Assembly: GCA_040755315.1 (NCBI GenBank)
Contig: JBFMBF010000002.1
Coordinates: forward strand, 13,361 to 77,360
DNA length: 64,000 nt
Reading direction: 5' to 3'
DNA from: Candidatus Hadarchaeota archaeon
GTDB taxonomy: Archaea; Hadarchaeota; Hadarchaeia; Hadarchaeales; Hadarchaeaceae
Position numbers and translations under genes: made by a program. This document shows, piece by piece, positions 1 through 8,435 of this stretch. Within the stretch, counting starts at the first letter, position 1. The number at the start of each line of letters is the position of its first letter. The notes beneath the pieces are model-generated. The model did not search any database. It was given only the letters and a program-made list of their open reading frames with translations, and was not told the origin of the DNA.

Positions 1-437
1 GAAGAGATTGAGGCGGGGTCCGGGGAGTTTGAGAGGCGATTTTGAAAGTGCTATTGTCATCAAAAGAGCCATATGGCCCATAGTCTGATTCATGTGGCAT
101 TTCCGGACCCCATATAATCTTACTTACACTATAGTATAAATAATTTTCTATAAAGTATAAGATAAATTAAACAATGTGCTGTTTTGAGCAGCAAGGCACA
201 AAGCGGCAACAGCGAGTTTTCAAATTTTGCCCGTCGCGTTCGGGTTCGCAATCAAAGCATCTGAAATTTTGCCTTTGCACCCGTTAGCTTTCTATCCGCG
301 AGATGTCTGCAACGGCATCAAAATGCTGGTCTATCACGAACCATCTAGGGCGTTAGGGAGAAAGAATTATGCACCCCCCTATAATATAGTTGAAAATTTT
401 GTGCGGCGTTTGAAGCGCGAACATATCCCCACGACTA

Positions 438-863
438 CTAAAATTGTTCCAGCAGCTTCACGAATTTTAATTTTTCAATTTTTTTGTAAAGTTTTTTGTC
501 TCCGGTGACGAGTTCAAGCCCCATCAGCTCCGAGAGCGCAACGTAGCATCCGTCGTAAATTGTTACTCCAAACTCAAATGCACGCGCAGCGGCTTTTTCA
601 AATATCTCCTCGTTCGGCGGCACCAGGTCCAGATCAATGTCAAAAATGCTTTTTGCGGCCTCTTCGACGTCGGCATGGCCAAAATTGGGGTTGTACCTCA
701 ACGCATTTGACACCTCGTAGACAAGGAGGTCCGGTGAAACGATTGTCAAATGCCCGTTGATGTGTTCGTCTCTTAGCGTGACCGCCAAATCCGTTCCTTC
801 CTCGGTTGAGAACCATTTCACCGCCACCGAGGCGTCCAAAACTACCTCCTTTGGTCTCTCCAT
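438..863 (-). CDS. vapC: PIN-domain ribonuclease toxin (VapC-like)
   Basis: ORF 438..989. The PIN-like sequence begins at internal ATG 863 (MERPKEVVLDASVAVKWF ... TIYDGCYVALSELMG) with acidic residues at the expected positions. It overlaps the upstream small antitoxin-like ORF by 22 nt. Confidence 0.75.
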   Translation of the reverse strand: MERPKEVVLDASVAVKWFSTEEGTDLAVTLRDEHINGHLTIVSPDLLVYEVSNALRYNPNFGHADVEEAAKSIFDIDLDLVPPNEEIFEKAAARAFEFGVTIYDGCYVALSELMGLELVTGDKKLYKKIEKLKFVKLLEQF

Positions 864-1099
864 TTTCTGATTTCCTCGGTGCCAGACCAGCCTTTGGCGC
901 TTTTTTTCCGGAGCGCATCCATGCGTCTTGCGGCGTCGTCCATACATGTTAGGTCGCGCACCCGCCCGTACTTCTTGTGGTTTATCCAAAGGCGGAAAGC
1001 CTCGGCCGTTGCCTCGCCAACCTTGAGCCCGCGCCTGATTGCCTCCGCCTTGAAGTTTCGGAACACCGCTTCATCAAGTTCTTTTATGGTGACGCCCAT
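842..1099 (-). CDS. Putative antitoxin (VapB / ribbon-helix-helix-like) partner of the PIN toxin
   Basis: 85-aa ORF directly upstream of and overlapping the PIN gene. The N-terminus GVTIKELDEAVFRNFKAEAIRRGLKVGEATAEAF looks like strand plus helices of an RHH-type antitoxin. The call rests mainly on context. Confidence 0.55.
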   Translation of the reverse strand: MGVTIKELDEAVFRNFKAEAIRRGLKVGEATAEAFRLWINHKKYGRVRDLTCMDDAARRMDALRKKSAKGWSGTEEIRKWRDQRR

Positions 1100-1151
1100 A
1101 CAATCGCCATTTAGTTATACTTTTCAAACTTTATAAACTTTTCCAACTTAA

Positions 1152-1484
1152 TTGGCGCAGCCTTTTATTAAAGTAGAAAAAGTATACATGGTGGAAAAAG
1201 TGGTAAAAACGATAAAAGTTGACGACCCAATATACGCCCGGCTGCTCAAGTTCAAGGGCCAGATGATGGCGGAGTCGGGCAAACAGGTCAGTCTCAGCGA
1301 GGCCATCGCACGATTGGTTGCCTTGGCGGGCAAGCTCCCGCGTCCAGAGGACATGCAGCGCAGGACGGAGGAGATTTTAATTCTTGGAGAACTTGCTCGC
1401 CGGAGGTGGGAGAAGGCAGTGGAGTCCGGCAAGCTTGAGAAAATAAAAGGCGGCTGGAGGCTCAACCTTGGAACCCGAAGTTAA
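1152..1484 (+). CDS. Putative RHH/CopG-like antitoxin paired with a nucleotidyltransferase
   Basis: 110-aa ORF starting at TTG 1152; alternative ATG 1188 gives MVEKVVKTIKVDDPIYARLLKF. It shows a strand-helix-helix pattern and overlaps the downstream NTase ORF by 17 nt. Confidence 0.5.
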   Translation: MAQPFIKVEKVYMVEKVVKTIKVDDPIYARLLKFKGQMMAESGKQVSLSEAIARLVALAGKLPRPEDMQRRTEEILILGELARRRWEKAVESGKLEKIKGGWRLNLGTRS

Positions 1485-2034
1485 AGACGAGTTTTTGGAT
1501 ATATTGAGGCGGGCTAAAGAACTTGGACACCCAGAGTCGTACATTCTCATAACAGCATTTCTTTCAGAACGGCTGGGTGGGGATTTCATCATTGTTGGCG
1601 GGCTTGCCACCGCCGTTTACTCGCTCGGCGCTTACAGAACCTTGGACGCCGACGTGATTTGCGCCGGCGACTTGCAGAAAGTGAAGAAAGGGCTGGAGTT
1701 GCTAGGCTTCAAGCGCAACAGAGTATGGTGGCATGAAGAAGCAGATTATGCCATAGACATCGTGAGTGGCCATGCTCCAGAAAGGACCGAAATTCTTGAG
1801 GTGAATGGATACAAAGTAAGGGTCGCAAGCCCGGAGGATGTTTTGGCAAACGACCTCGCCGGGTACAAGTTCTGGGGAGAACGTTTAGACTTTGATCGGG
1901 CGCTATTGGTGTTCAAGGCGCAGAAAGATAGGATTGACAAAGAGTATGCAAAAAAACGCGTCCGAGCGAAGGAAGTAGAAGATGTATTTAAAGAGCTGGA
2001 AGACCAAGCAGCGGGACAAATAATCAGGGAATGA
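1468..2034 (+). CDS. Minimal nucleotidyltransferase-fold protein (DUF2204 / AbiEii-like, putative toxin)
   Basis: 188 aa. 'IIVGGLATAVYSLGAYRTLDADVI' fits the NTase G[GS]-x(9-13)-D-x-D signature. Size and pairing with a small RHH-like ORF suggest a TA-like module. The family name is from memory and was not searched. Confidence 0.55.
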   Translation: MEPEVKDEFLDILRRAKELGHPESYILITAFLSERLGGDFIIVGGLATAVYSLGAYRTLDADVICAGDLQKVKKGLELLGFKRNRVWWHEEADYAIDIVSGHAPERTEILEVNGYKVRVASPEDVLANDLAGYKFWGERLDFDRALLVFKAQKDRIDKEYAKKRVRAKEVEDVFKELEDQAAGQIIRE

Positions 2035-3073
2035 CTCCAGTGATTTTCGCCAGCTTTTTGGCCGCCTTCGGCTTCAGCCCCGCCTTCAAAACAGTGTAGC
2101 GGTCCGGCCTTATCTTGTGCGCTATGGTCAGAGCCTTCACGATGTGCTTCGCCGGGATCCCGAGTTCCCTGGCGCTCGTCGGCGCCCCGACTGCCTTCAA
2201 GGCTCCTCGAATGGCCTGCCAGTCCTCGCCGTGAAGGTATGCCATCATTATCGTCCCGACCCCGCACTGCTCCCCGTGAAGCGCGGGTTTTGGTGCTACA
2301 ATGTTCAGGGCGTGGCTGAAGAGGTGCTCCGCCCCGCTCGCCGGCCTGCTGCTCCCGGCTATCGCCATCGCCACGCTGCTGGAGATCAGGGCCTTGACCA
2401 CTTTCCTTACCCCCTCCTCAGTGTGCTTGGCGATGATTCCCGTATTCTCCATGACAATCTGCGTGCTCACCAACGAGAGAGTGCCCGCGAACTCGCTGTA
2501 CGGCTCCCCCTTCACCCGCTGGGCAAGCTGCCAGTCCCTTACGGCCGTGAGATTGGATACAAGATCCCCGCAGCCAGCCGCCAGAAGCCTGTGCGGCGCC
2601 TCCCTGATGACGTCAGTGTCGGCGATTATGGCCATGGGCGCCTGGGTTTCCACCGACGCTGGCCCACGCCCGCCCACGATAGACGCTCTGGAAGAAGCAA
2701 TCCCGTCGTGGGAGGCCGCGGTCGGTATGGAAACGAAGGGCTTTCCCTCCTGGAACGACGCCAGCTTGGCCACATCTATGGCGCGGCCGCCGCCGACACC
2801 GAGGTAAAAACTTGGGCCCCCTCCAAAGGACTTCCTGACGTCTTTCACGGCAGCGGTGTTTGCCTCCTTTATCAGCCTGTGCCCAACCCTGAACCCCGCC
2901 TTTCTCAACTGGTTTTCTATCTTTTTCCCAGTCAGGGCAAAAGTCGTCGGGTCGGCCACTATCGCGGCTTCCCTGCCGGCGCACAGCCTCCCGCAGACGT
3001 CCGCCACCTTTGACATTACTCCCGGCCCTATCCAGACCTCGCGGGGCAGCTCAATCTTCCTTGGTTCCTTCAA
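2024..3073 (-). CDS. egsA: NAD(P)-dependent glycerol-1-phosphate dehydrogenase
   Basis: 349 aa with a TTG start. It has iron-dependent-ADH-fold motifs (LGVGGGRAIDVAKL, PTAASHDGIAS, GAEHLFSH ... HGEQCGVG) typical of archaeal EgsA. Confidence 0.9.
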   Translation of the reverse strand: MKEPRKIELPREVWIGPGVMSKVADVCGRLCAGREAAIVADPTTFALTGKKIENQLRKAGFRVGHRLIKEANTAAVKDVRKSFGGGPSFYLGVGGGRAIDVAKLASFQEGKPFVSIPTAASHDGIASSRASIVGGRGPASVETQAPMAIIADTDVIREAPHRLLAAGCGDLVSNLTAVRDWQLAQRVKGEPYSEFAGTLSLVSTQIVMENTGIIAKHTEEGVRKVVKALISSSVAMAIAGSSRPASGAEHLFSHALNIVAPKPALHGEQCGVGTIMMAYLHGEDWQAIRGALKAVGAPTSARELGIPAKHIVKALTIAHKIRPDRYTVLKAGLKPKAAKKLAKITGVIP

Positions 3074-3102
3074 TTTCTCCCAGCCCTCCTCTGCAGGGAA
3101 AG

Positions 3103-3110
3103 TTTAAATA
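3103..3110. promoter_or_regulatory. TATA-like box TTTAAATA in the egsA/psmB divergent spacer
   Basis: Near-palindromic TTTAAATA preceded by AAAG. It lies about 33 nt from the egsA TTG (3073). It is too close to ATG 3113 to drive that start, so the psmB start is more likely TTG 3170 after GAGGTG (3159..3164). Confidence 0.4.
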
Positions 3111-3112
3111 CG

Positions 3113-3787
3113 ATGGCCAACAGCTCATATTGCTGCTTTCTTCGCAGCATTTTTAAACGAGGTGTGGAATTGAATCCAAAACCAGAAAAGCTCAAAGGAA
3201 CCACGACTGTTGGTCTGGTCTGCGGCGACGGGGTAGTGTTGGCCACAGACAGCAGGGCGACCGCGGGCTACCTTGTGGCCAGCAAGGAGGCCCGGAAGAT
3301 ATACCCCATCACAGACAGGATAGCCTTCACCACGGCCGGCGGGGTGGCCGACACCCAGCGCCTGGTTGACATCCTGAGGGCGGAGGCCGGCTACTACCTC
3401 ATGCACGAAGGAGCCCCGATGGACGTCAGGGCTTGTGCAAGGCTGGTGGCAAACGTCATGAGCTACTCCTTCGGCTCATTAATCGCCAACCTCCTTGTCG
3501 GCGGGGTGGACGAGAACGGCCCCGACCTCTACTTCATCGACATGGACGGGGGCTTGAACAAGGAGGAGATGACGGCGACAGGGTCGGGCTCTCCAGTTGC
3601 GTACGGAGTCCTTGAGAACGAGTTCAGGCCGGGCATGTCCACGAGGGAGGCCATACCCGCGGCGGCGAAGGCCATCAAGACAGCCATGAAGAGGGACATC
3701 GCCACCGGGAACGAGATCATGGTTGCCGAGATAACCAAGAAAGGCTACCGCGAGCTTTCACGGGACGAAATCAGGAGTTTAATCTGA
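3113..3787 (+). CDS. psmB: Proteasome subunit beta
   Basis: 'KG/TTTVGLVCGDGVVLATDSRATAG' is the classic Thr1 processing site and Ntn-hydrolase core. The longest ORF starts at 3113. The probable true start is TTG 3170, giving propeptide MNPKPEKLKG. Confidence 0.9.
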   Translation: MANSSYCCFLRSIFKRGVELNPKPEKLKGTTTVGLVCGDGVVLATDSRATAGYLVASKEARKIYPITDRIAFTTAGGVADTQRLVDILRAEAGYYLMHEGAPMDVRACARLVANVMSYSFGSLIANLLVGGVDENGPDLYFIDMDGGLNKEEMTATGSGSPVAYGVLENEFRPGMSTREAIPAAAKAIKTAMKRDIATGNEIMVAEITKKGYRELSRDEIRSLI

Positions 3788-3811
3788 AAAATATTCCAAA
3801 AAGGTGTTTAG

Positions 3812-5722
3812 ATGGGAGGCGCAGAAGAGCTGCTTAAGGAGATAAAGAGGGTGGTAAAGGAAGAAACCTCCTTCGGCGATTCCGTGTCAGATGTGGATTT
3901 CGAGGGGCCGAGGGTGGTGCTTTACTGCAGCAAACTCGACTTGCTGGCAGAGGACGGGGACGTGATAAAAGAGCTGGCGAAGAAGATCAGAAAACGCATA
4001 ATCCTCCGCCCAGACGAGTCAATCCTCACTGACAAGAAGAAGGCCGAGGAGCAGATCAGGTCCATGGTTTCCCCCGAGGCCGGAATAACAGACATAATTT
4101 TCAACGACGATGTCGGGGAGGTCACAATCGAGGCAGAGAAGCCTGGGGTGGTGATAGGGAAAGAGGGCGCCCTCCTCCGTGAGCTCATGTACAAGATCAA
4201 GTGGACCCCGAAGGTCGTCAGGGCCCCCCCGATAAAGTCGGACCTGGTCAGGAACATAAGGCTCTCCATGATACACGCCGGAGCCGACCGCCGCGGCATC
4301 CTGAAAAAGGTTGGCAAGAGGATTCACCGGGAGAAGACCGCAAAGGGGGACTGGGTGAGGCTGACGACGCTCGGCGGGTCCAGGGAGGTCGGCCGCTCCT
4401 GCTTCCTGCTCCAGACGCCTGAAAGCACTGTGATGGTGGACTGCGGGGTCAACGTGGCCTCGGAGGACAGGGCCTTCCCCCACCTCGAGCTGCCGGAGGT
4501 AAGGCTGGACAAGCTCGACGCCGTCGTCCTGACCCACGCGCACCTTGACCACTGTGGGTTCATCCCCTACCTCTACAAGATGGGCTACGAAGGGCCGGTC
4601 TACTGCACGGCCCCCACCAGGGACCTGGCAGTGCTGCTCCAGGTGGACTATGTGGAGATAGCCGAGAGGGAGGACAAGCTGATGCCCTACGACAAGAGGG
4701 ACATAGGTAGGTTCCTGGCCCACACAATCCCGCTCGACTACGGGGACGTCACAGACATCGCCCCCGACCTCCGGGTGACCCTGCACAACGCAGGCCACAT
4801 CTTGGGGTCGTCAATCGCCCACTTCCACGTGGGCGAGGGCCTGTACAACGTGGTATACACCGGGGACATAAAGTTTGACAGGAGCCGCCTCTTTTCGCCG
4901 GCCGTCTACACCTTCCCGAGGTCCGAGACACTGATAATTGACAGCACATACGGCGGCCCCCAGGATGTGCAGCCTCGCAGGGCTAATGCAGAGGAGGAGT
5001 TCATAGAGATTGTAAGGGAAACTGTAAAGAGGGGGGGAAAGGTGGTGGTCCCGGCATTCGCAGTCGGAAGGGCTCAGGAGATGATGGTCCTCCTCGAAAG
5101 CTACAGAAGGGATGGACTGCTGGACGATGTCCCCGTTTACCTGGATGGGATGATATGGGAGGCCACGGCGGTCCACACCGCATATCCAGAGTTTCTCTCG
5201 CAAGAACTGCGTGAATCAATATTCAAGGAAGACACAAACCCGTTCCTTTCAGACATGTTTGTGAAGGTGTCCGGGCCCGACAAGCGGGCTGAGGTGATCG
5301 AGGGCGGCCCAGGGGTGATAATTTCGACGGCCGGCATGATGACGGGCGGCCCAGTGATGGAGTACTTCAAGAAGCTGGCACCCGACCCCAGCAACACCCT
5401 GGTCTTTGTCGGCTACCAGTCGGAGGGCTCCTTCGGCAGGAGGGTGCAGAAGGGGTGGAGCGAGGTGGCCATCAGGGGGGACAAGGGCAGGCTTGAGGAG
5501 GTCAAGGTGAACATGGAGATAAAGACCGTGGAGGGGTTCAGCGGCCACTCAGACAGGGTGCAGATTTTGAATTACATCAAGAGGCTGGTGCCGAAGCCAG
5601 AGCGGGTGATAAACATTCATGGAGAGGAGAGCAAGTGCCACGATCTCGCCAGCACAATCTACAAGCTCTTCAGGATTGAGACGAGGGCGCCGATGAACAT
5701 GGAGACGATAAGGCTGAGGTAG
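3812..5722 (+). CDS. aCPSF1/FttA-type KH-domain beta-CASP metallo-beta-lactamase ribonuclease
   Basis: 636 aa. It has an N-terminal KH region (VIGKEGALLREL), the MBL motif THAHLDHCG, and beta-CASP/RMMBL C-terminal motifs (GFSGHSD). Confidence 0.9.
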   Translation: MGGAEELLKEIKRVVKEETSFGDSVSDVDFEGPRVVLYCSKLDLLAEDGDVIKELAKKIRKRIILRPDESILTDKKKAEEQIRSMVSPEAGITDIIFNDDVGEVTIEAEKPGVVIGKEGALLRELMYKIKWTPKVVRAPPIKSDLVRNIRLSMIHAGADRRGILKKVGKRIHREKTAKGDWVRLTTLGGSREVGRSCFLLQTPESTVMVDCGVNVASEDRAFPHLELPEVRLDKLDAVVLTHAHLDHCGFIPYLYKMGYEGPVYCTAPTRDLAVLLQVDYVEIAEREDKLMPYDKRDIGRFLAHTIPLDYGDVTDIAPDLRVTLHNAGHILGSSIAHFHVGEGLYNVVYTGDIKFDRSRLFSPAVYTFPRSETLIIDSTYGGPQDVQPRRANAEEEFIEIVRETVKRGGKVVVPAFAVGRAQEMMVLLESYRRDGLLDDVPVYLDGMIWEATAVHTAYPEFLSQELRESIFKEDTNPFLSDMFVKVSGPDKRAEVIEGGPGVIISTAGMMTGGPVMEYFKKLAPDPSNTLVFVGYQSEGSFGRRVQKGWSEVAIRGDKGRLEEVKVNMEIKTVEGFSGHSDRVQILNYIKRLVPKPERVINIHGEESKCHDLASTIYKLFRIETRAPMNMETIRLR

Positions 5723-5723
5723 C

Positions 5724-6272
5724 TCAAAGCCGCGATATTTCCTCTTTTCCGAGCTTCCGCTTTTTCGCCCGGCTGTCGACAATGGCGCTGTGTCCATACG
5801 GGTCGGCGATTATCAGCATGGCTTGGCTTTCCCCTTTCTTTATTTTCCCAAGCTTTTCCAGCTTGGCCACGGCTTGGCTCTTGGCTTCCCCTTTAGCATC
5901 CTTCAGCGATAGCTTTAGTGCGTCTTCCATTCGGTTGAGCACTCCTTCCACGTTTGAGATGTAGCCCTCGCCTCCGGGCCCGGGCCTGACTTTCACTCCA
6001 AGCTCGGGCACATCCACAGTGCCAGTGCTGGACCTGACCACTCGTACCATCATGTCGTCTTCAGAGGTTATGTTGAATTGATACTCGACCGGCTCCCTTT
6101 CCCCTAGGTGCATGACGTCAGTGTGCCTGAATTTGCACCGGTTGCATGACACCACCGTTTCCATTGTTTCTCCAAAGTGGGGAATATCGTGGATCATCCC
6201 CCTGAACTCGCATGTTCCCTGGGCGCCGCAGGCTGGGCAGCGCTCGATGGGAAGCACAAACCCCTTCTTCAT
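5724..6272 (-). CDS. ZPR1-type zinc-finger protein
   Basis: 182 aa. It has CPACG ... CNRCKF zinc-ribbon pairs followed by a beta-rich domain, as in archaeal ZPR1-family (COG1779) proteins. Confidence 0.75.
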   Translation of the reverse strand: MKKGFVLPIERCPACGAQGTCEFRGMIHDIPHFGETMETVVSCNRCKFRHTDVMHLGEREPVEYQFNITSEDDMMVRVVRSSTGTVDVPELGVKVRPGPGGEGYISNVEGVLNRMEDALKLSLKDAKGEAKSQAVAKLEKLGKIKKGESQAMLIIADPYGHSAIVDSRAKKRKLGKEEISRL

Positions 6273-6285
6273 CGGTACACCAAAA

Positions 6286-6654
6286 TCAGGTCTGTTTCTT
6301 GAACTGGAGCTTTACAAGCTTTGGGGTGGCTATTATCTTTGAATCGGTCAGTCTCCCCACATCCCCGCCGATTTTCACGGAAAATGCCTTCAGCTGGTCG
6401 ACGGCATGTTTGGCGTCGGCCGGGTTCTGGTTCAGGAGCAAGCCCAGGTCTATTATGACGATGTTGCCGCGTTGGAGCTCCTCCGTCGCGTCCTGGATGC
6501 TGGTAGGGCCCTGAAGCTCTATGCTTTTCACGTAGACAGGCTCAATATCCCGGGAGAATGAGGCTCTGGAGGACTCTATCTCCATTACTGGAACTTCCTC
6601 TGATATTTCGGGTGATTGTCCCGGCTTTGTAAACAGTTTTTTGATGGTTCTCAA
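6286..6654 (-). CDS. sepF: Cell division protein SepF (DUF552)
   Basis: 122 aa. The C-terminal domain 'VYVKSIELQGPTSIQDATEELQRGNIVIIDLGLL ... AVDQLKAFSVKIGGDVGRLTDSKIIATP' matches the SepF pattern. Confidence 0.7.
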   Translation of the reverse strand: MRTIKKLFTKPGQSPEISEEVPVMEIESSRASFSRDIEPVYVKSIELQGPTSIQDATEELQRGNIVIIDLGLLLNQNPADAKHAVDQLKAFSVKIGGDVGRLTDSKIIATPKLVKLQFKKQT

Positions 6655-6709
6655 AACACCACCGTCAATGCTTGCTCGTTGTTCCGGCTATTTAACTTTA
6701 GCGGGAGGC

Positions 6710-7189
6710 TCAACCTTTCCGGAGTGCTTTCCATATCTTGTCCCCGACGTGGTGGATGTTCTTCACGGCCCGCCCCTTGCCGCCTTTCATCTGTGTCCCG
6801 TCGACCAGCGCCAGCCCCACGGCGATCGGCTTGGCGTGGCGCTCGTCCGAAACCTCCACTATTTCCCCGGCTTTTATTCCGTCGTCCGCAAAAACTATCC
6901 CGGGCGCCATCACATCCGCGCCGTTGGCCAGGTGCGGCACTGCCCCCATGTCAACCACAACCCGCTTGAGCCGGGCCATGTCCAACGCAGTCAGGGTTGG
7001 CACAAACTCCCCTTTTATTTTTGCCAGAGTTTCTTTCCCGCCAGCGAAGATTAATTCAGTCTCCTGGTCCAGCATGACGATCTCCACGTCATTTTGCAGT
7101 ATTCCCAAAAGTGCTGGCAGTTTTTTTCCGACGGCCGCGGAGAGCCCTTTCGCCTCGTCCTTCCTCAGATGGTGCCTTCTCCCCTGCAT
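6710..7189 (-). CDS. PUA-domain RNA-binding protein (Tma20/MCT-1-like)
   Basis: 159 aa. The C-terminal PUA-like segment is 'VVVDMGAVPHLANGADVMAPGIV ... GEIVEVSDERHAKPIAVGLAL'. Confidence 0.75.
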   Translation of the reverse strand: MQGRRHHLRKDEAKGLSAAVGKKLPALLGILQNDVEIVMLDQETELIFAGGKETLAKIKGEFVPTLTALDMARLKRVVVDMGAVPHLANGADVMAPGIVFADDGIKAGEIVEVSDERHAKPIAVGLALVDGTQMKGGKGRAVKNIHHVGDKIWKALRKG

Positions 7190-7304
7190 CGGTGAAATAT
7201 GTTCGCCTGAAGCTTTAACAATATCCCGCCATGGAGCGCGACCGAGGCTTTTTTAACACATACAGTTTACTTTTGTGGGAACATCGTTCAACGTGGTGAT
7301 TTGG

Positions 7305-7781
7305 ATGAAGCCGAAAGTCAAAGTGCTGGTGGAGGGAGGAAAAGCCTCTGCGGGGCCGCCCCTGGGCCCAGCCCTTGGGCCGCTGGGGGCCAACGTCGGC
7401 CAGGTAGTGGCAAAAATCAACGAGAAGACGAGCAAGTTCGCCGGAATGAAGATTCCGGTAACTGTGGTAGTGGATCCGAAGACGCGCCAGTTTGATGTTG
7501 AGGTCGGCTCGCCGCCCGTCTCAGCTCTCATAAAAAAGGAGATAGGTTTGGAGAAGGGCGCCAAGACATCCGGCTCAGAGGTCGTCGGGGACCTTCCGTT
7601 CGCGAAGGCCGTGGAGATAGCCAAGATGAAGACGGCGGGGAGTCTGGCAAAATCTCTCAAGGCGGCCGTCAAGGAGGTGCTGGGGACCTGCGTCAGCATG
7701 GGCGTGACAGTAGACGGAAGGGGCGCCGAGGAAATACAGAAAGAGCTGGACGATGGAAAAAGGGATGAGGAGCTGAAGTAG
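7305..7781 (+). CDS. rpl11: 50S ribosomal protein uL11
   Basis: 'MKPKVKVLVEGGKASAGPPLGPALGPLGANVGQVV' is the canonical uL11 N-terminus. ATG 7305 is preferred over GTG 7275 of the longest ORF. Confidence 0.9.
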   Translation: MKPKVKVLVEGGKASAGPPLGPALGPLGANVGQVVAKINEKTSKFAGMKIPVTVVVDPKTRQFDVEVGSPPVSALIKKEIGLEKGAKTSGSEVVGDLPFAKAVEIAKMKTAGSLAKSLKAAVKEVLGTCVSMGVTVDGRGAEEIQKELDDGKRDEELK

Positions 7782-8435
7782 ATGCCGGTTTCAAAAGAGG
7801 ACTTGATAAAGGCTGTCAAGGAGCTGCGGGACGGGAGCGGAAAGAGAAAATTCGAGCAGGGAGTAGACATCTCGATCACGATAAAAGGGATAGATGTGAA
7901 AAAGCCGGAGGGCAAAGTCACCGAGGACATTGTTTTGCCGCACGGCGCCGGGGAGCCAAAGAGGATCCTTGTCTTCGCTGACGGAGAGATGGCGAGGGTG
8001 GCCAGGGATGCAGGGGCCGACGGAATAATCGGGCGCGCGGAAATAGAGTCCCTGCAGGGAAACAAGAAAAAAATCAAGAGCATCATGAAAAATTATGACT
8101 TCACGGTGGCGCAGGCAGACCTCATGGTCCTCATCGGCAAGGTGTTTGGCCCGGTGCTGGGTCCACGCGGGAAGATGCCGAAGCCGATACCACAGAACGC
8201 GAACCCCGCCCCAGTCATGGAGCGCTTCAGGAAGACGATCAGGTTGGCGAACAAGGCGCAGCTGGCATTCCACGGCAGGATAGGCAAAGAAAGCATGACC
8301 GACGACCAGATAGCTGAAAACACCCGCGCAGTCTTGGATGCAATTGAAAAAAAAGTCTCCGATTCAGGAGGGCAGATAAGGTCGGTCAGCCTGAAGACCA
8401 CAATGGGAAAACCTGCGAAGGTGAAGGTGGGATGA
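7782..8435 (+). CDS. rpl1: 50S ribosomal protein uL1
   Basis: 217 aa with uL1-like sequence (FEQGVDISITIKGIDVKKPE ... LGPRGKMPKPIP). It starts immediately after the uL11 stop. Confidence 0.9.
   Translation: MPVSKEDLIKAVKELRDGSGKRKFEQGVDISITIKGIDVKKPEGKVTEDIVLPHGAGEPKRILVFADGEMARVARDAGADGIIGRAEIESLQGNKKKIKSIMKNYDFTVAQADLMVLIGKVFGPVLGPRGKMPKPIPQNANPAPVMERFRKTIRLANKAQLAFHGRIGKESMTDDQIAENTRAVLDAIEKKVSDSGGQIRSVSLKTTMGKPAKVKVG

Noticed and set aside
1-100. Partial ORFs at the left edge. A plus-strand frame ends at 43..45 (...EEIEAGSGEFERRF). A minus-strand frame starts at ATG 100 (MPHESDYGPYGSFDDNSTFK...) and runs off the window.
   Set aside because: Each is under 35 codons and has no recognisable family. 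I cannot decide which, if either, is real.
100-437. AT-rich non-coding stretch with the short direct repeat AAATTTTGCC (222..231 and 264..273). I considered a CRISPR leader/array, a tRNA/att site or an origin element.
   Set aside because: There are only two 10-nt copies and no spacer-repeat periodicity. No tRNA-like cloverleaf is present; GGTTCGCAATC at about 243 lacks complementary T-stem arms. No ORB-like repeats are seen. It may simply be promoter or islet-boundary DNA.
227-508. 93-aa plus-strand ORF in the left non-coding region.
   Set aside because: It has no recognisable motif, overlaps the PIN gene 3' end, and has an odd composition. It is probably spurious.
7253-8086. Long antisense ORFs opposite clearly assigned genes. 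Examples are 7253..8086, 8386..9120, 4019..4798, 23374..24078, 18248..18961 and many plus-strand ORFs inside 53797..63999.
   Set aside because: They lie entirely within, and antisense or out of frame to, genes with strong family signatures. Their translations are low-complexity (Ser/Pro/Arg/Gly-rich), as expected from shadow ORFs in moderately GC-rich DNA.
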